A stretch of DNA of 64,000 bases from Candidatus Latescibacterota bacterium (GTDB lineage: Bacteria > Latescibacterota > UBA2968 > UBA8231): contig OZ241362.1 of the NCBI GenBank assembly GCA_965200315.1, positions 1,792,001 through 1,856,000 of the forward strand. The letters are read 5' to 3'. Position numbers and translations under genes: made by a program. The first letter of the stretch is position 1. The number at the start of each line of letters is the position of its first letter. The notes below the pieces were generated by a model, which did not search any database, was not told the origin of the DNA, and saw only the letters and a program-made list of their open reading frames with translations. Of the stretch, positions 28,081-38,642 are shown piece after piece.

Positions 28081-29061
28081 ATGAAGCCTCGTACTCGACC
28101 CAATTCGCTCCGCCCACTGCGGCGCTGGCTCCCGCTGGCGGCCCTCCTGCTGGCGGTTGCTCCTACCCCACTACATGCCGGCGCTTGGACTCAGGACTTG
28201 GGCGGCATGTACTTCAAAATCGCCGGACTTTCCTTCCGCTCTCAAGACTATCTCGACGCCGTTGGCAAGCGGCAGGCCCGAGTGGCAAAACCCAGCACGG
28301 AAGAATTAAGCGATAGGAATATATCGGCCTACTTGGAGTATGGTTTGCGGGAGCACCTGACCTTGGTGGCCACCCTGCCCTACAAGCGCTTGGTGTACAA
28401 GAACACCGAAGTAAAGGAGTTCAAAAGCGACGTTCTCGATACCACCATAACTCGCATCCACCCCGACGAAATCAACTCAGGTCTGGCCGATTTGGAACTG
28501 CGCCTGCGCTGGCGCGTGCTCCGCAATCCAGCGGTAGTCTCCCTAGCGCTAGGCGGCAAATTCCCTTTAGGCTACGACATGGATCAAGACAGCATTGGCT
28601 CCCTCGACGCGGGCGGGCTTGGCCTGGGGCCGAGTCCAGTGGATGGCGTCGCAGATGCCGTCAGCAAGGTTCCCTTGGGTACGGGCGAGAAAGACATCGA
28701 CCTGCGCCTGTTGGTAGGCAAATCGCTGTATCCATTTCCGGGCTATTTGACGAGTACGGTCGGCTATCGCAAGCGGGGCGGGGCCTTCAGCGACGAATTC
28801 TTCTATGGCTTAGAGGCCGGCGTCACCTATAAACGCCTGCTGGTCAAAGGCGTGGTCGAAGGGATGCGCACCACGAGCGATTGCGGTGCCATGGGACAGG
28901 GCGGTCTCGTCGGCGACCAAGACATCCTCAAGCTGGCCCCGGGGTTAATTTGGTCGCTCAGTAAGCACCTCGAAATCGGCGTCGATTTGTTCCACATCGC
29001 GGCTGGCTGCAATACCGCAGCGGGCACGACCTACGCCGCAGGGTTGGCTTTCAAGCGCTAA
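28081..29061 (+). CDS. Secreted putative outer-membrane beta-barrel protein
   Basis: Signal peptide ending LHA-GAWTQ; alternating beta strands (YLEYGL, GLADLELRLRW, PLGTGEKD); C-terminal GLAF. Confidence 0.6.
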   Translation: MKPRTRPNSLRPLRRWLPLAALLLAVAPTPLHAGAWTQDLGGMYFKIAGLSFRSQDYLDAVGKRQARVAKPSTEELSDRNISAYLEYGLREHLTLVATLPYKRLVYKNTEVKEFKSDVLDTTITRIHPDEINSGLADLELRLRWRVLRNPAVVSLALGGKFPLGYDMDQDSIGSLDAGGLGLGPSPVDGVADAVSKVPLGTGEKDIDLRLLVGKSLYPFPGYLTSTVGYRKRGGAFSDEFFYGLEAGVTYKRLLVKGVVEGMRTTSDCGAMGQGGLVGDQDILKLAPGLIWSLSKHLEIGVDLFHIAAGCNTAAGTTYAAGLAFKR

Positions 29062-29127
29062 AAAATCGCGGCTGCCGAGCCAATCTGTTATATTCTCCTC
29101 ATACAAAACCATTGAAAGGAGGCTGTG

Positions 29128-30117
29128 ATGCCGCGCAAAAAATGGGAGCTCCCCGAGCGTCAGGCCACCGACGAAGACGCCTATCTCAACCGCCGCAAGT
29201 TCATCCGGCGGGCTGGTTTGGGCACCATCGGCCTACTCGCGGGATGCATCCCCGAAAAGCTCCTCAATCCAGAAAAACTCGTCGATCCAACAAAATACCT
29301 CAGTCCCCTCATCGAGCCAATCCCGCCTTCAGAGTGGTATCCGGCTCCCACAAACGATGAGTTTTCCACGCTCGACCGGCCGCTTACCGATGAGACGATA
29401 GCAGCCCGGTACAACAACTTCTATGAATTCTCCACCTCCAAAGAGGTATGGCGCTTCATAGACAATTTTGAGCCTGCCCCCTGGACCGTGGAAATAAGCG
29501 GCCTGGTGCAGCAGCCCAAGACCTACGATATCGACTACCTAATCGGCATCATGGATCTGGAAGAGCGCCTCTACCGCCATCGCTGCGTCGAGGCGTGGTC
29601 CATGGCCATCCCGTGGACGGGCTTTCCCATGCGGGACCTCATCGACTTTGTCCAACCGCTGTCATCGGCCCGCTATGTGCGCATGATCTCCTTCTTCAAT
29701 CCCGAAGTGGCCCCAGTCCAATGGGATCGCTCCGATTGGCCTTGGCCCTATACCGAGGGCCTGACCATGGCCGAAGCGACCAATGAGTTGACGCTGCTGG
29801 CGACGGGTGTCTACGGCCACGAAATGCCCAAGCAACACGGTGCCCCCCTGCGCTTGGTAACGCCTTGGAAATACGGCTATAAGGGCCTCAAGTCGATCAC
29901 CAAAATCGAATTCACCAACGAACAGCCGGCGACGTTTTGGAACACCCTAGCACCCCACGAGTACGGCTTTTTCTCCAACGTCGAGCCCGACGTTCCCCAT
30001 CCCCGCTGGTCGCAAGCCAGCGAGCGCTTCATCTCCACTGCCCTCAATACGTCCGAACGACGAGCAACCCTCCCCTACAACGGCTACGCAGAGTACGTCG
30101 CCCATTTGTACGAGTAA
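29128..30117 (+). CDS. msrP: Protein-methionine-sulfoxide reductase catalytic subunit (YedY)
   Basis: Tat motif NRRKF, YNNFYEF, RLYRHRCVEAWSMAIPW, HGAPLRLVTPWKYGYKG, HPRWSQASER, YNGY. Confidence 0.92.
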   Translation: MPRKKWELPERQATDEDAYLNRRKFIRRAGLGTIGLLAGCIPEKLLNPEKLVDPTKYLSPLIEPIPPSEWYPAPTNDEFSTLDRPLTDETIAARYNNFYEFSTSKEVWRFIDNFEPAPWTVEISGLVQQPKTYDIDYLIGIMDLEERLYRHRCVEAWSMAIPWTGFPMRDLIDFVQPLSSARYVRMISFFNPEVAPVQWDRSDWPWPYTEGLTMAEATNELTLLATGVYGHEMPKQHGAPLRLVTPWKYGYKGLKSITKIEFTNEQPATFWNTLAPHEYGFFSNVEPDVPHPRWSQASERFISTALNTSERRATLPYNGYAEYVAHLYE

Positions 30118-30135
30118 TTCTTAAAGGAGACCCTT

Positions 30136-30780
30136 ATGAGCCAACTCCTGTCGTCTGTCCTCTTACTCTGCCTGCTCGTCGCGCCGCTCGCCGCTCAGCA
30201 AGAAGCGCTGCACGGCACTTGGGAGGGCACTATCGTCGATGAGCAAATCGGCGAGATTGTCATTCGCCTGACCTTCGGGGAGGATGGAGCCTTTGAGATC
30301 GACCAAGTCATTCAGGTGAAAGACGATTTCCTAGCCGATGTCCAAGTCCCGGAGCCACCCACCATGGAGACGCTCGCCGCCCACGGCACCGGCAACTATG
30401 GAGTCTTGGGCGACAATCTGGTGATTGGTATAGCCGCATTACACCTGTCTGTGGACGGCGAAGGCTTCGTCGAATTTTTCACCCAAGTGGCCCGCGACTT
30501 CGCCCGCTACGTAGCCGACTCGCACGGAATCCCCGCCGAGACCTACCCAGCCTTTGAACAAGAATTTATCGACGCATTTTTCGCTGAACTCGATACGGTT
30601 TCGTTCCTCGCCATTCTCAATAAGTGGGGGGTTATCGCGTATGCCATTGAGGGGGGCACCCTGTTTCTCACTACCACGAAGGAGACCGGAGTCACAGTCT
30701 GGGAATTCCACCGCATAGACGCCTCCAGTGCGGTCGCCGAAACTACCTGGGGCCACCTGAAAGCAGCCTCGCGTCCGTAA
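30136..30780 (+). CDS. Secreted hypothetical protein with C-terminal TWGxLK motif
   Basis: AAGGAG RBS and Sec signal; lipocalin-like start (LHGTWEG); ends SAVAETTWGHLKAASRP. Confidence 0.75.
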   Translation: MSQLLSSVLLLCLLVAPLAAQQEALHGTWEGTIVDEQIGEIVIRLTFGEDGAFEIDQVIQVKDDFLADVQVPEPPTMETLAAHGTGNYGVLGDNLVIGIAALHLSVDGEGFVEFFTQVARDFARYVADSHGIPAETYPAFEQEFIDAFFAELDTVSFLAILNKWGVIAYAIEGGTLFLTTTKETGVTVWEFHRIDASSAVAETTWGHLKAASRP

Positions 30781-30824
30781 CGCTCTTGGAATCGCTCGGC
30801 TGCAAACACAAGCGCTATACCGCT

Positions 30825-31688
30825 ATGCAAAATGGACGCAACAAAAAGCGAGAACAATTGGCCCGCGATGGGTTTTATGTATTCAAAAACACGCTCGATG
30901 CCCCCCTGTTGGAGTGCTTAAAGAGCTTTAGCGATGGCGTGCTCGCCCGACAGGACCCAGCGCATTTTGCGAACCAGCGCACGACCGGCAGCATGGTGAT
31001 GATCGATTGGGCTATGGCCTATCAGCATTCGGTAATGGCCGAACTCATCGCCCACCCCAACGCGCTCACAGCACTGCAACAGCTCGGGTTCGCCGACCCC
31101 AAGTTTGGCCACGGACGCATCATCAGCAAGCCACCCCACAGCCCACCCCTGTTCTGGCATGAAGACGGTCGTTTCTGGGACGATCCGGTGAGCTATACGA
31201 CGCAGCCCATCCAGTGCTTTTTGATGTACTACCTGACCGACACCACGCCGCAAAACGGGTGCCTGCGCGTGATCCCGGGGTCGCACCTCAAGCGTCATGC
31301 CTTACACGACAAAATTGCACCGGGCCATACAGACGACCTCAGAACATTTGCCAATCCCGACGATCCGGGGTTTTCGCGGGTAGCTGACGAGATCGATGTT
31401 CCCGTAAAAGCCGGCGACCTCGTCATGGGATACGGCAGCCTGTTGCACGCTTCCCATGCCAATCAAAGCAATCAGCACCGGACGGTGCTCACGATGTGGT
31501 ACTATCCAGACTTTGTCACCCTACCCGAGCGCACACAGGCCACCGTTGCCCTAGCAGAAGCCAATAACAGCGACGCCAGCTCAGCATCTGCAAAGACCCA
31601 AGCTCTGCTCGAACCACTCAGAATCGCGTACGCTGGCGAGGCCGAGCCGATAGCGATACAGTGGACACCAGGCGAGGGACTGAAGTGA
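30825..31688 (+). CDS. PhyH family dioxygenase
   Basis: LARDGF, ISKPPHSPPLFWHED, YYLTDTTPQNGCLRVIPGSH, LLHASHANQS. Confidence 0.9.
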   Translation: MQNGRNKKREQLARDGFYVFKNTLDAPLLECLKSFSDGVLARQDPAHFANQRTTGSMVMIDWAMAYQHSVMAELIAHPNALTALQQLGFADPKFGHGRIISKPPHSPPLFWHEDGRFWDDPVSYTTQPIQCFLMYYLTDTTPQNGCLRVIPGSHLKRHALHDKIAPGHTDDLRTFANPDDPGFSRVADEIDVPVKAGDLVMGYGSLLHASHANQSNQHRTVLTMWYYPDFVTLPERTQATVALAEANNSDASSASAKTQALLEPLRIAYAGEAEPIAIQWTPGEGLK

Positions 31689-31734
31689 GAAATAGATAGT
31701 TCGACACATGCGCGATTCGGATATTGACTTTCTC

Positions 31735-31758
31735 GGCGGGGCTTCCCCGCCATTTTTA
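31735..31758 (+). terminator. Probable intrinsic terminator
   Basis: ggcgggg-ctt-ccccgcc followed by attttt. Confidence 0.5.
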
Positions 31759-31827
31759 TATTACTCTCCGAGTATGCTCCGGCTATCACTCGATAGACAC
31801 TAACTCTCGCATTAGAAGTAGGTACCG

Positions 31828-32602
31828 ATGGAACGGCTAATCAGCCTATTCGGACTTGTGGTGATGATTGCCCTAGTCTTCGCCATGAGTGCCGACCGCC
31901 GCAAAGTAGATCGCCGCTTAGTGGTGGCTGGCGTGGGACTGCAATTTCTCCTCGCCCTGCTCGTGCTCAAAACCGGGCCGGGACAGGCGCTTTTTAGTTA
32001 TATCGGCGCTTTTTTTGCCGCCTTGCTCAACTACGTCGATGCCGGCTCCAGCTTCGTCTTTGGCGACGCGTTCGGCGAGCATTTCTTCGCTTTCAAGGTC
32101 CTGCCGACCATTATCTTCTTTTCCGCCCTAATGGGCATCCTCTACCACCTCGGGCTAGTGCAGTACGTGGTGGCGTCCTTCGCTTGGGTCATGCAGCGCA
32201 CCCTGCGCACCTCGGGCGCGGAAAGCCTAGCGGCGGCAGCCAACATCTTCGTCGGCCAGACCGAGGCTCCGCTGGTAGTGCGCCCGTACGTGAACAGCAT
32301 GACCCGGTCGGGATTGATGACCTTGATGGTCGGCGGCTTTGCCACCATTGCCGTGGGCCTAGGGATTGACGCCGGCCACTTGGTGGCTGCCTCGGTGATC
32401 TCGGCCCCGGCGGCGCGACTTGGTAGCCAAGGTGATGCAGCCCGAAGTAGAAGAGTCCAAAACGCTAGGGAGGGTATCGCTTGAATTGGCATCCAGATCG
32501 GCGGCATCGGCGGCATAGCCCCCGCGGTTGGGTTTTCGCGCCATGCTGGGCGGCTCCCTCGCCTGCTTTATGACCGCCTGCGTAGCCGGGATTCTACTGT
32601 AG
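31828..32602 (+). pseudogene. NupC/CNT nucleoside transporter with several internal deletions and frameshifts
   Basis: FAFKVLPTIIFFSAL, SGAESLAAAANIFVGQTEAPL, GGFATIA, then jumps to IGIQIGGIGGIAP … AMLGGSLACFMTACVAGILL*. About 775 nt, too short for a CNT. Confidence 0.85.
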
Positions 32603-32689
32603 AGAAGCGCCATTATCGGTTTGATCAAGGTTCCAATGCTGCCTATGTTGCAACAGCCAGGGCGTTCCCAATCCAAAGGCGGGAATCCG

Positions 32690-32772
32690 ATGCGCCAATA
32701 CATGTTTCGCTCAACGTACACGCAGGCGGGGCTTGCCGGTTTGCTCAAGGAAGGCGGCACGCGGCGGCGGGA
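32690..32772 (+). pseudogene. GYD-domain protein N-terminal remnant
   Basis: MRQYMFRSTYTQAGLAGLLKEGGTRRR, after which similarity ends. Confidence 0.55.
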
Positions 32773-32816
32773 TCCTCAACGAATCACAACTTTTACTCTG
32801 CCCTCATATCATCCAT

Positions 32817-34712
32817 ATGTTAGCCTGCACATTATTGATCCTTGCCGCTGTCGCGGCCCAAGGTGAGGAATGGCCCTATTACGCGGCCGACGCCAAGAGC
32901 AGCAAATACGCGCCCCTGTCGCAAATTGACGGCGACAACTTCGCCCGGCTGCAAGAGGTTTGGCGCTACACGGTTCCCGACAAGAAAATCGCCGAGCGTC
33001 AGTACACGTGGACTGGGACCAACAAGGGCACTCCCCTAATGGTCGATGACGTGCTCTACTATGGATCGCCTTTTAACATCCTCTGCGCGGTCGATCCGAC
33101 GAGCGGCGAGGAACTCTGGAGCTTTGATCCGAAAGTATGGGAAAATTACGAGGGTTTCACCGGCATTCTGCGCGGCATCGCCTACTGGCAAAGCCGCGGC
33201 AAGAAGCGCATCTTCTACGCCACCTCCACTGACCGCCTCTACTCCATCGACATCGAGACCGGCCAGCCCGACCCAGCATTTGGCAAGGGCGGCTTCGCCG
33301 ATTTAAGTAAGGGACTGCGCCGCCCCATCGACCGCAGCCGCTACTGCGTCACCTCGGCACCGATCGTCTGCCGCGATGTGGTAGTGGTGGGTTCCGCCAT
33401 CGTCGATTGGCATGGCCGGTCTCCCCCCCAATACCCCACCCTTGGCGATGTGCGCGGCTTTGACGCCCACACCGGCGAACAGGTGTGGGTCTTCGAGACG
33501 GTGCCTCAGGAGGGCGAGTACGGCAACGACACTTGGGAAAACGACGCCTATCAGACCTATGGCCAGGCCAATGTGTGGTCCGCGATGAGCGCCGACGACG
33601 CGCTCGGCTACGTGTACCTGCCCGTCAGCAGCACCACCCACAACCACTACGGCGGCGAGCGCCCCGGTGCCAATCTCTTCAGCCAGACCCTAGTCTGCCT
33701 CAAGGCGGCCACCGGCGAGCGCGTCTGGCACTACCAGCTCATCCACCACGGCCTGTGGAACTACGACCCGCCAGCACCGCCGGTACTGGCGGATATCGAG
33801 GTACAAGGCAAAGCGATCAAGGCGCTGGCCTTGGTGAGCAAACAGGCCTTTTGCTACGTGCTCGACCGCACGACCGGCGAGCCGGTCTGGCCCATCAATG
33901 AGCGCAAGGTTCCCCAGTCAACAATCCCGGGCGAGCAAAGCTGGCCGACCCAGCCCTTTCCCAGCAAACCCGCGCCCTACGACCGCCAAGGGCTACAGGA
34001 AGACGATCTGATCGACTTTACGCCCGAGTTGGGGGAAAAGGCGCTGGCGATTCTGCAAAAATACGAGCGCGGCCCGCTGTTCACTCCGCCCAGTGAAAAG
34101 GGCACGCTGGTATTGCCTGGGGGCTTGGGCGGCTCGGACTGGAGCGGGGCGGCGCTAGTGCCAAAAGAGAACGTGCTCTACATTCCTTCGCGCACCGACG
34201 CCGCTATTGTGTGGCTGGAAAGGGTGGAAAACCCGCGCGCCTTTTCGGCCTACGCATCCTTCAAGAGGAGTGCCGAATACGTCGATGGCCTGCCGCTGAC
34301 CAAGCCCCCCTACGGCCGGATCACCGCCATCGACTTGGACACGGGCGAGCACGTCTGGATGAGTCCGGTGGGCCAAGGCCCGGTCAACCACAAATCCTTG
34401 CGCGACCTCGACTTGCCAGCTATGGGCTGGTTCCACTACAACTTTATACTCGCCACCGAGACTGTGCTAGTGGTGGTCTCGCAGCAACCCGATCGGTGGG
34501 GCGACCTCCGCGGCGACGCCTTTGTCGAACAAGCACCCTATCTGCACGCCTTTGACCTAGAGACAGGCGCGGTGCTGGCCGAGCTGGAATTCCCCGGCCA
34601 GCCCAACGGCAGTCCCATCAGCTATAGGGCCAACGAACGTCAGTATATCGTATTTCCAATCAATGACGACGACGGGGGGCCGCAGCTTTTGGCACTGGCG
34701 TTGCCGGAGTGA
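32817..34712 (+). CDS. PQQ-dependent dehydrogenase (glucose/quinate family, soluble type)
   Basis: Signal peptide, EWPYYAAD…SSKYAPLSQI, GTPLMVD, GDVRGFD, NVWSAMSAD, WHYQLIHHGLWNYD, KPPYGRITAIDL. Confidence 0.88.
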   Translation: MLACTLLILAAVAAQGEEWPYYAADAKSSKYAPLSQIDGDNFARLQEVWRYTVPDKKIAERQYTWTGTNKGTPLMVDDVLYYGSPFNILCAVDPTSGEELWSFDPKVWENYEGFTGILRGIAYWQSRGKKRIFYATSTDRLYSIDIETGQPDPAFGKGGFADLSKGLRRPIDRSRYCVTSAPIVCRDVVVVGSAIVDWHGRSPPQYPTLGDVRGFDAHTGEQVWVFETVPQEGEYGNDTWENDAYQTYGQANVWSAMSADDALGYVYLPVSSTTHNHYGGERPGANLFSQTLVCLKAATGERVWHYQLIHHGLWNYDPPAPPVLADIEVQGKAIKALALVSKQAFCYVLDRTTGEPVWPINERKVPQSTIPGEQSWPTQPFPSKPAPYDRQGLQEDDLIDFTPELGEKALAILQKYERGPLFTPPSEKGTLVLPGGLGGSDWSGAALVPKENVLYIPSRTDAAIVWLERVENPRAFSAYASFKRSAEYVDGLPLTKPPYGRITAIDLDTGEHVWMSPVGQGPVNHKSLRDLDLPAMGWFHYNFILATETVLVVVSQQPDRWGDLRGDAFVEQAPYLHAFDLETGAVLAELEFPGQPNGSPISYRANERQYIVFPINDDDGGPQLLALALPE

Positions 34713-34758
34713 CGTGTGGCAGTGTTGCTCTGCTGCCTTCAGCCTGTGCTTGACCCGA

Positions 34759-35931
34759 TCAATCTCCTGCTTCGAGGGTACGCACCGCGGCAATCGCTTC
34801 GGCAATCCACCTGAGATTGCGCCGGGAAATCATTCCGTAGTTGTAATAAGAGAACCGACGCGCCCCCGTTTCGTAAACCGCAGTCATGATCGCTCGCATC
34901 TGTCCGGCGCTGTCTATGGGCTTGTGGCCGTTCAGACCGCAGATCAACATAGACGGATCATCCATGCCAGCTAGCGTCTCCTGCGCCCTTTGGCCGGCCT
35001 CCTCGGGCGAGCCACTGTAGCACAGGACATTGACCCAATCGACGATCTGTTCGATGAGTTTGCGGTTGATGCCGTTGTTGTGATAATTGCCCATGTACAA
35101 AAAAGAAACGGGCATTTTCACGGCCTCTTTCACCTCCGCAGCCAGCGACGTCACCACATCCGCCCGCATCTTTATGTATTCGTTCACCAAGGGCTCGTCG
35201 GCGACGAACTCTTCCAAGCTGCGCTCCAACGGCCCCTCCTCAAAGATGTCCAAGAGCCACTTTTCCACCTGCCCCTTCAACGCCCCCACATCCACACCCC
35301 TGTCCGCAGCCCGCTGCACACACCCAGCGCAAAAGCACAGCGACATTAACAGCGATCCCACCGCGCCGAGTTCGACTCCCACCTTGGCGTGGTTGCGGAA
35401 CATGCCAAAGCCCATGTAGTGCAGGGACTCGTACTCGATCATCTGCACATCGCAGTTGGTGGCCAAATCCAAGCTCAAGCCTCGTACGTACTCACGCACC
35501 TCGGGATTGGCCGGGCACAGACAACCCGGATAGCGGTCCCCGAACACTCCGAGCAGGGCGCAGTCTGGATGCTGCCTAGCCACGTAGTGGTTGTGCAGGG
35601 GCACGGTCCACGAAATCAGTTCCAGACCGCGCGCACGGCAGGCCTCGGCGATGATCTGCACCGGGTCTTGGTCTCTGGCCATAGGATGCACATGCGGCTT
35701 GATCTTGGTGCCCTGGTACAGCTCGCTTTGGGGCTGGAAATAGATGGCGTCCTCGTACCCGGAAAAGAGCTTTCTGCCGGGTATATGGGTGCGTAGCTGA
35801 TCGTACGTGTGATAGATCGTGGACAGACTGATCGCATCTAGTCCTACCTCTTCCTTGAGGAAGCCGATGACGCGGTCCACCCCCTCGTCGATCACATCCC
35901 AAGGATAGGTCCACATAGTCGTATGGATCAT
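34759..35931 (-). CDS. Hypothetical glycoside-hydrolase-like TIM-barrel protein
   Basis: WTYPWD, LCPANPEVREY, IEYES, CFCAGC, FSYYNYG; good RBS. Confidence 0.6.
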   Translation of the reverse strand: MIHTTMWTYPWDVIDEGVDRVIGFLKEEVGLDAISLSTIYHTYDQLRTHIPGRKLFSGYEDAIYFQPQSELYQGTKIKPHVHPMARDQDPVQIIAEACRARGLELISWTVPLHNHYVARQHPDCALLGVFGDRYPGCLCPANPEVREYVRGLSLDLATNCDVQMIEYESLHYMGFGMFRNHAKVGVELGAVGSLLMSLCFCAGCVQRAADRGVDVGALKGQVEKWLLDIFEEGPLERSLEEFVADEPLVNEYIKMRADVVTSLAAEVKEAVKMPVSFLYMGNYHNNGINRKLIEQIVDWVNVLCYSGSPEEAGQRAQETLAGMDDPSMLICGLNGHKPIDSAGQMRAIMTAVYETGARRFSYYNYGMISRRNLRWIAEAIAAVRTLEAGD

Positions 35932-36012
35932 GTTATATCTCCTTTTTCGCCAAATGGCTAGTAGTGTCTATTCTTTCAGAGCCCGCACCATCCGCCACTA
36001 GTGAGCCAAACT

Positions 36013-36936
36013 TCAACCGTGCCCAGCGGATTGTTCCGCCTGCCACACCCGCCAATAGCCCCGCAGGCGTCGAGTGAACTCCCGCGGTCGTTCTAAGTAG
36101 ATGCGCTCGGCCAGCAGACGCGCCTCGGTCTGCATCCGAGAGCGCACCTCGTCAATCCGCCTTTCCAAGGCTCGCAGCGTGGCCGTGGCTCCGGCCCTCG
36201 GAAACTCGGCTAGAACCGTGGTGCGCAATACGGCCAAATCGTGATCCTCGCCCAGCAACTCCCCTAGCTGGTCCAGTTCCTCGGTCAAGGCCTGCATGAC
36301 CGACGGCCAGATATTCTCCAGTATCTGAGTGTGGTACCGCAAGTACTTGACCTGCTTGCGCCAGTCGTGGAATGCCTCGTCGCTGGGCAGCGCGTAGGCC
36401 GCGGCAAAGCCGCGCCGACCCCGTGCGTATATCCGCTGCAACCCCACCCGAATTCCTCCCCAATTCTGGCTCTGTAGATTCCAATGTTCCAAGCGCTCGC
36501 GAGCCTGTGTGAGTTCGGCGATCACTTCTTGCACGGCTCGACTGCTGCTATCCGCTTGGCCATAGGCCCGATCGCGGCGCTCCACCAGCCACGTCCTTAC
36601 CCGGGCGAACCGGCGCTGCGGGGCATCTTCGCCTAGAGATTCCACCAAGCGGTCCAAGGTCTCGACCAGCACTGTGGCGTCGCGCAGCCCCGAAACCCGC
36701 TGACCGGCACCCCGATAGCACTGGTTTTCCAAGGCGTACACCTCGTCTCCCAGTTCGCGGCGAACCAGACGCACCAAGGCTCGCAAGCGCTTGGTGGCCT
36801 TGCGGGCCTCGTGGATGTGCTGATCTAGTTTGCCGTCTTGACAACCGAGATGCACAAGGGCCTTATTGAGATGTCCTGCGGCCAGCCGCCGCACCCCTGC
36901 GGGTACGCGCTCACCCTGTTTCAGGCGATACTCCAT
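36013..36936 (-). CDS. CHAD domain protein (polyphosphate-binding)
   Basis: IHEARKATKRLRA, LRDA, FHDWRKQVKYLRY, LGEDHDLAVL. Confidence 0.9.
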   Translation of the reverse strand: MEYRLKQGERVPAGVRRLAAGHLNKALVHLGCQDGKLDQHIHEARKATKRLRALVRLVRRELGDEVYALENQCYRGAGQRVSGLRDATVLVETLDRLVESLGEDAPQRRFARVRTWLVERRDRAYGQADSSSRAVQEVIAELTQARERLEHWNLQSQNWGGIRVGLQRIYARGRRGFAAAYALPSDEAFHDWRKQVKYLRYHTQILENIWPSVMQALTEELDQLGELLGEDHDLAVLRTTVLAEFPRAGATATLRALERRIDEVRSRMQTEARLLAERIYLERPREFTRRLRGYWRVWQAEQSAGHG

Positions 36937-37009
36937 GAAGCCAATTTATACCGCTCTGCACTCGGCGTCCATATTGATGCGGCCCGATAATTGAGCCATT
37001 ATATGCCAC

Positions 37010-38053
37010 ATGACCGAACTGCAAAACGAGGCGGACGAGCGCCTCGGGACGCCCGAACATCTCGACCGCGCCCTCTACGTGACAACGGCTAAGGCGTGGC
37101 TGGCACTTTGCTTCCTCGTGATTGTGACGGCTGCGTTGATCGTCTGGGCGTTCTTTGGCGAAGTTTCGACGTATGTGGAGGCCAAGGGGATTTTCCTCAG
37201 CCGCGAAGGCATGGTTTTCAACGCGGCATCGTCTGGCGGCGGCAAGCTGGCCGCGGATCGCGGCCGCAGTCGGCGACGAGGTGGCAGCCGGCGATCTCGT
37301 GGCTGAAATTTCCGACGCAGAAATGATGGAACGCTACCTCAGCGCGGTCGCACTGGCCAGCGAGCGGAAGCGGACGCTACAAGAGCGCGAAGCCGAGGCC
37401 AGGGAGGAAAACGCGCTGGCCGCGCAAAACGTCGTCAAGCAGCGCGACCGGCTGGAGGAGCTCGAGCGCACCGGCCGCGAAATGGTCGCCAAGACCCGCG
37501 CACGCTTGCAGAGCGATCAGGAACTGCTGGCTCAAGGCATCATCGACCGGATGGCTGTCGAGCGCAGCGAGCAGGCGTTCGACCTCGCCCAGCGCAACCT
37601 GTTCGACGCCCTGCGCCGGCGAGACGAATTGGCGGCCGACGATCTCGGCCGCCGGAACGATCTTAAGGCCCAAGTCGCCAAGGCCAAGGCCGATCTCCTC
37701 GAAGCAGAACGGCGGGCCACCGAACTGGCGGCCCTAATCGAAACTTGGCGCGTCCGCGCCCCAGTCGCCGGGCGCATAACCCAGCTCAAGGCGCAGATCG
37801 GCGCCACGCTCGCCCCGGGCCAGCCCGTGCTCAGCATCGAGACGGGCGGCGGCGGGCTCGATGTACTGATCTACGTGCCTCCGGTGGACGGCAAGCGGGT
37901 TGAAGCGGGTATGCCAGCCTTGGTGTCGCCGGCCGCGTCGCGCTCGCGCTCGACCCATCGACCACGAGCGGCTTCGCCTGGACCTCGCCCCAAGCCGTGG
38001 GCGTAGCCATCACGCCCGGTACGCTGGCCACAGTCGAAGTCGAAGTCTCCAGC
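37010..38053 (+). pseudogene. NHLM/NHLP bacteriocin-system HlyD-family secretion protein, frameshifted and internally deleted
   Basis: ERLGTPEHLDRALYVTTAKAWLAL; +1 shift at ~37251; coiled coil; DGKRVEAGMPALVSP; jumps to DPSTTSGFAWTS…[10 protein letters not shown]; TAG. Confidence 0.8.
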
Positions 38054-38069
38054 TAGCCGCCCGTTTCGC

Positions 38070-38642
38070 GGGGTCAACGAGCGCGAGCCGGAAGCTGCCG
38101 CGCCCGGGCCGCGCGGCTTTGTCGATCTCGACAAGGTCACCTTTGGGTACAACGCCATGGATCCGCCGCTTATTGAGGACTTTACCTTGTCCATTCGCCC
38201 GGGCCGGCGCGTGGCACTGGTGGGCGGCTCTGGTAGCGGTAAGCCGACCATCGCCAAACTCATCTGCGGTCTGCTGACGCCTTGGTCGGGCCACGTGCGC
38301 ATCGACGGACAGGACTTCAACGACATCCAGCCGGCGCACTTTGCCGAGATAGTGTCTCATGTGGACCAGGAAATCACCCTGTTTGAGGGCAGTGTGCGCG
38401 ACAACGTCGCCCTGTGGGATCCAACCATTGAAGAGCGCGACATCGTCCAAGCCCTGCGCGACGCGGCCATCCACGACTTCATTGTGACCCGGCCCCTGAA
38501 ATACGACACCCCTGTCGACGAGAACGGGCGCAATTTCAGCGGCGGTCAACGCCAGCGCTTGGAGATTGCCCGCGCCCTCGCCAGCAACCCCGCCATCCTA
38601 GTGCTCGACGAGGCCACCGCAGCGCTCGATCCGGTCACCGAG
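38070..38642 (+). pseudogene. ATPase fragment of NHLM bacteriocin ABC exporter
   Basis: [29 protein letters not shown] (altered Walker A), [46 protein letters not shown]. No C39 or TM domains. Confidence 0.8.
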
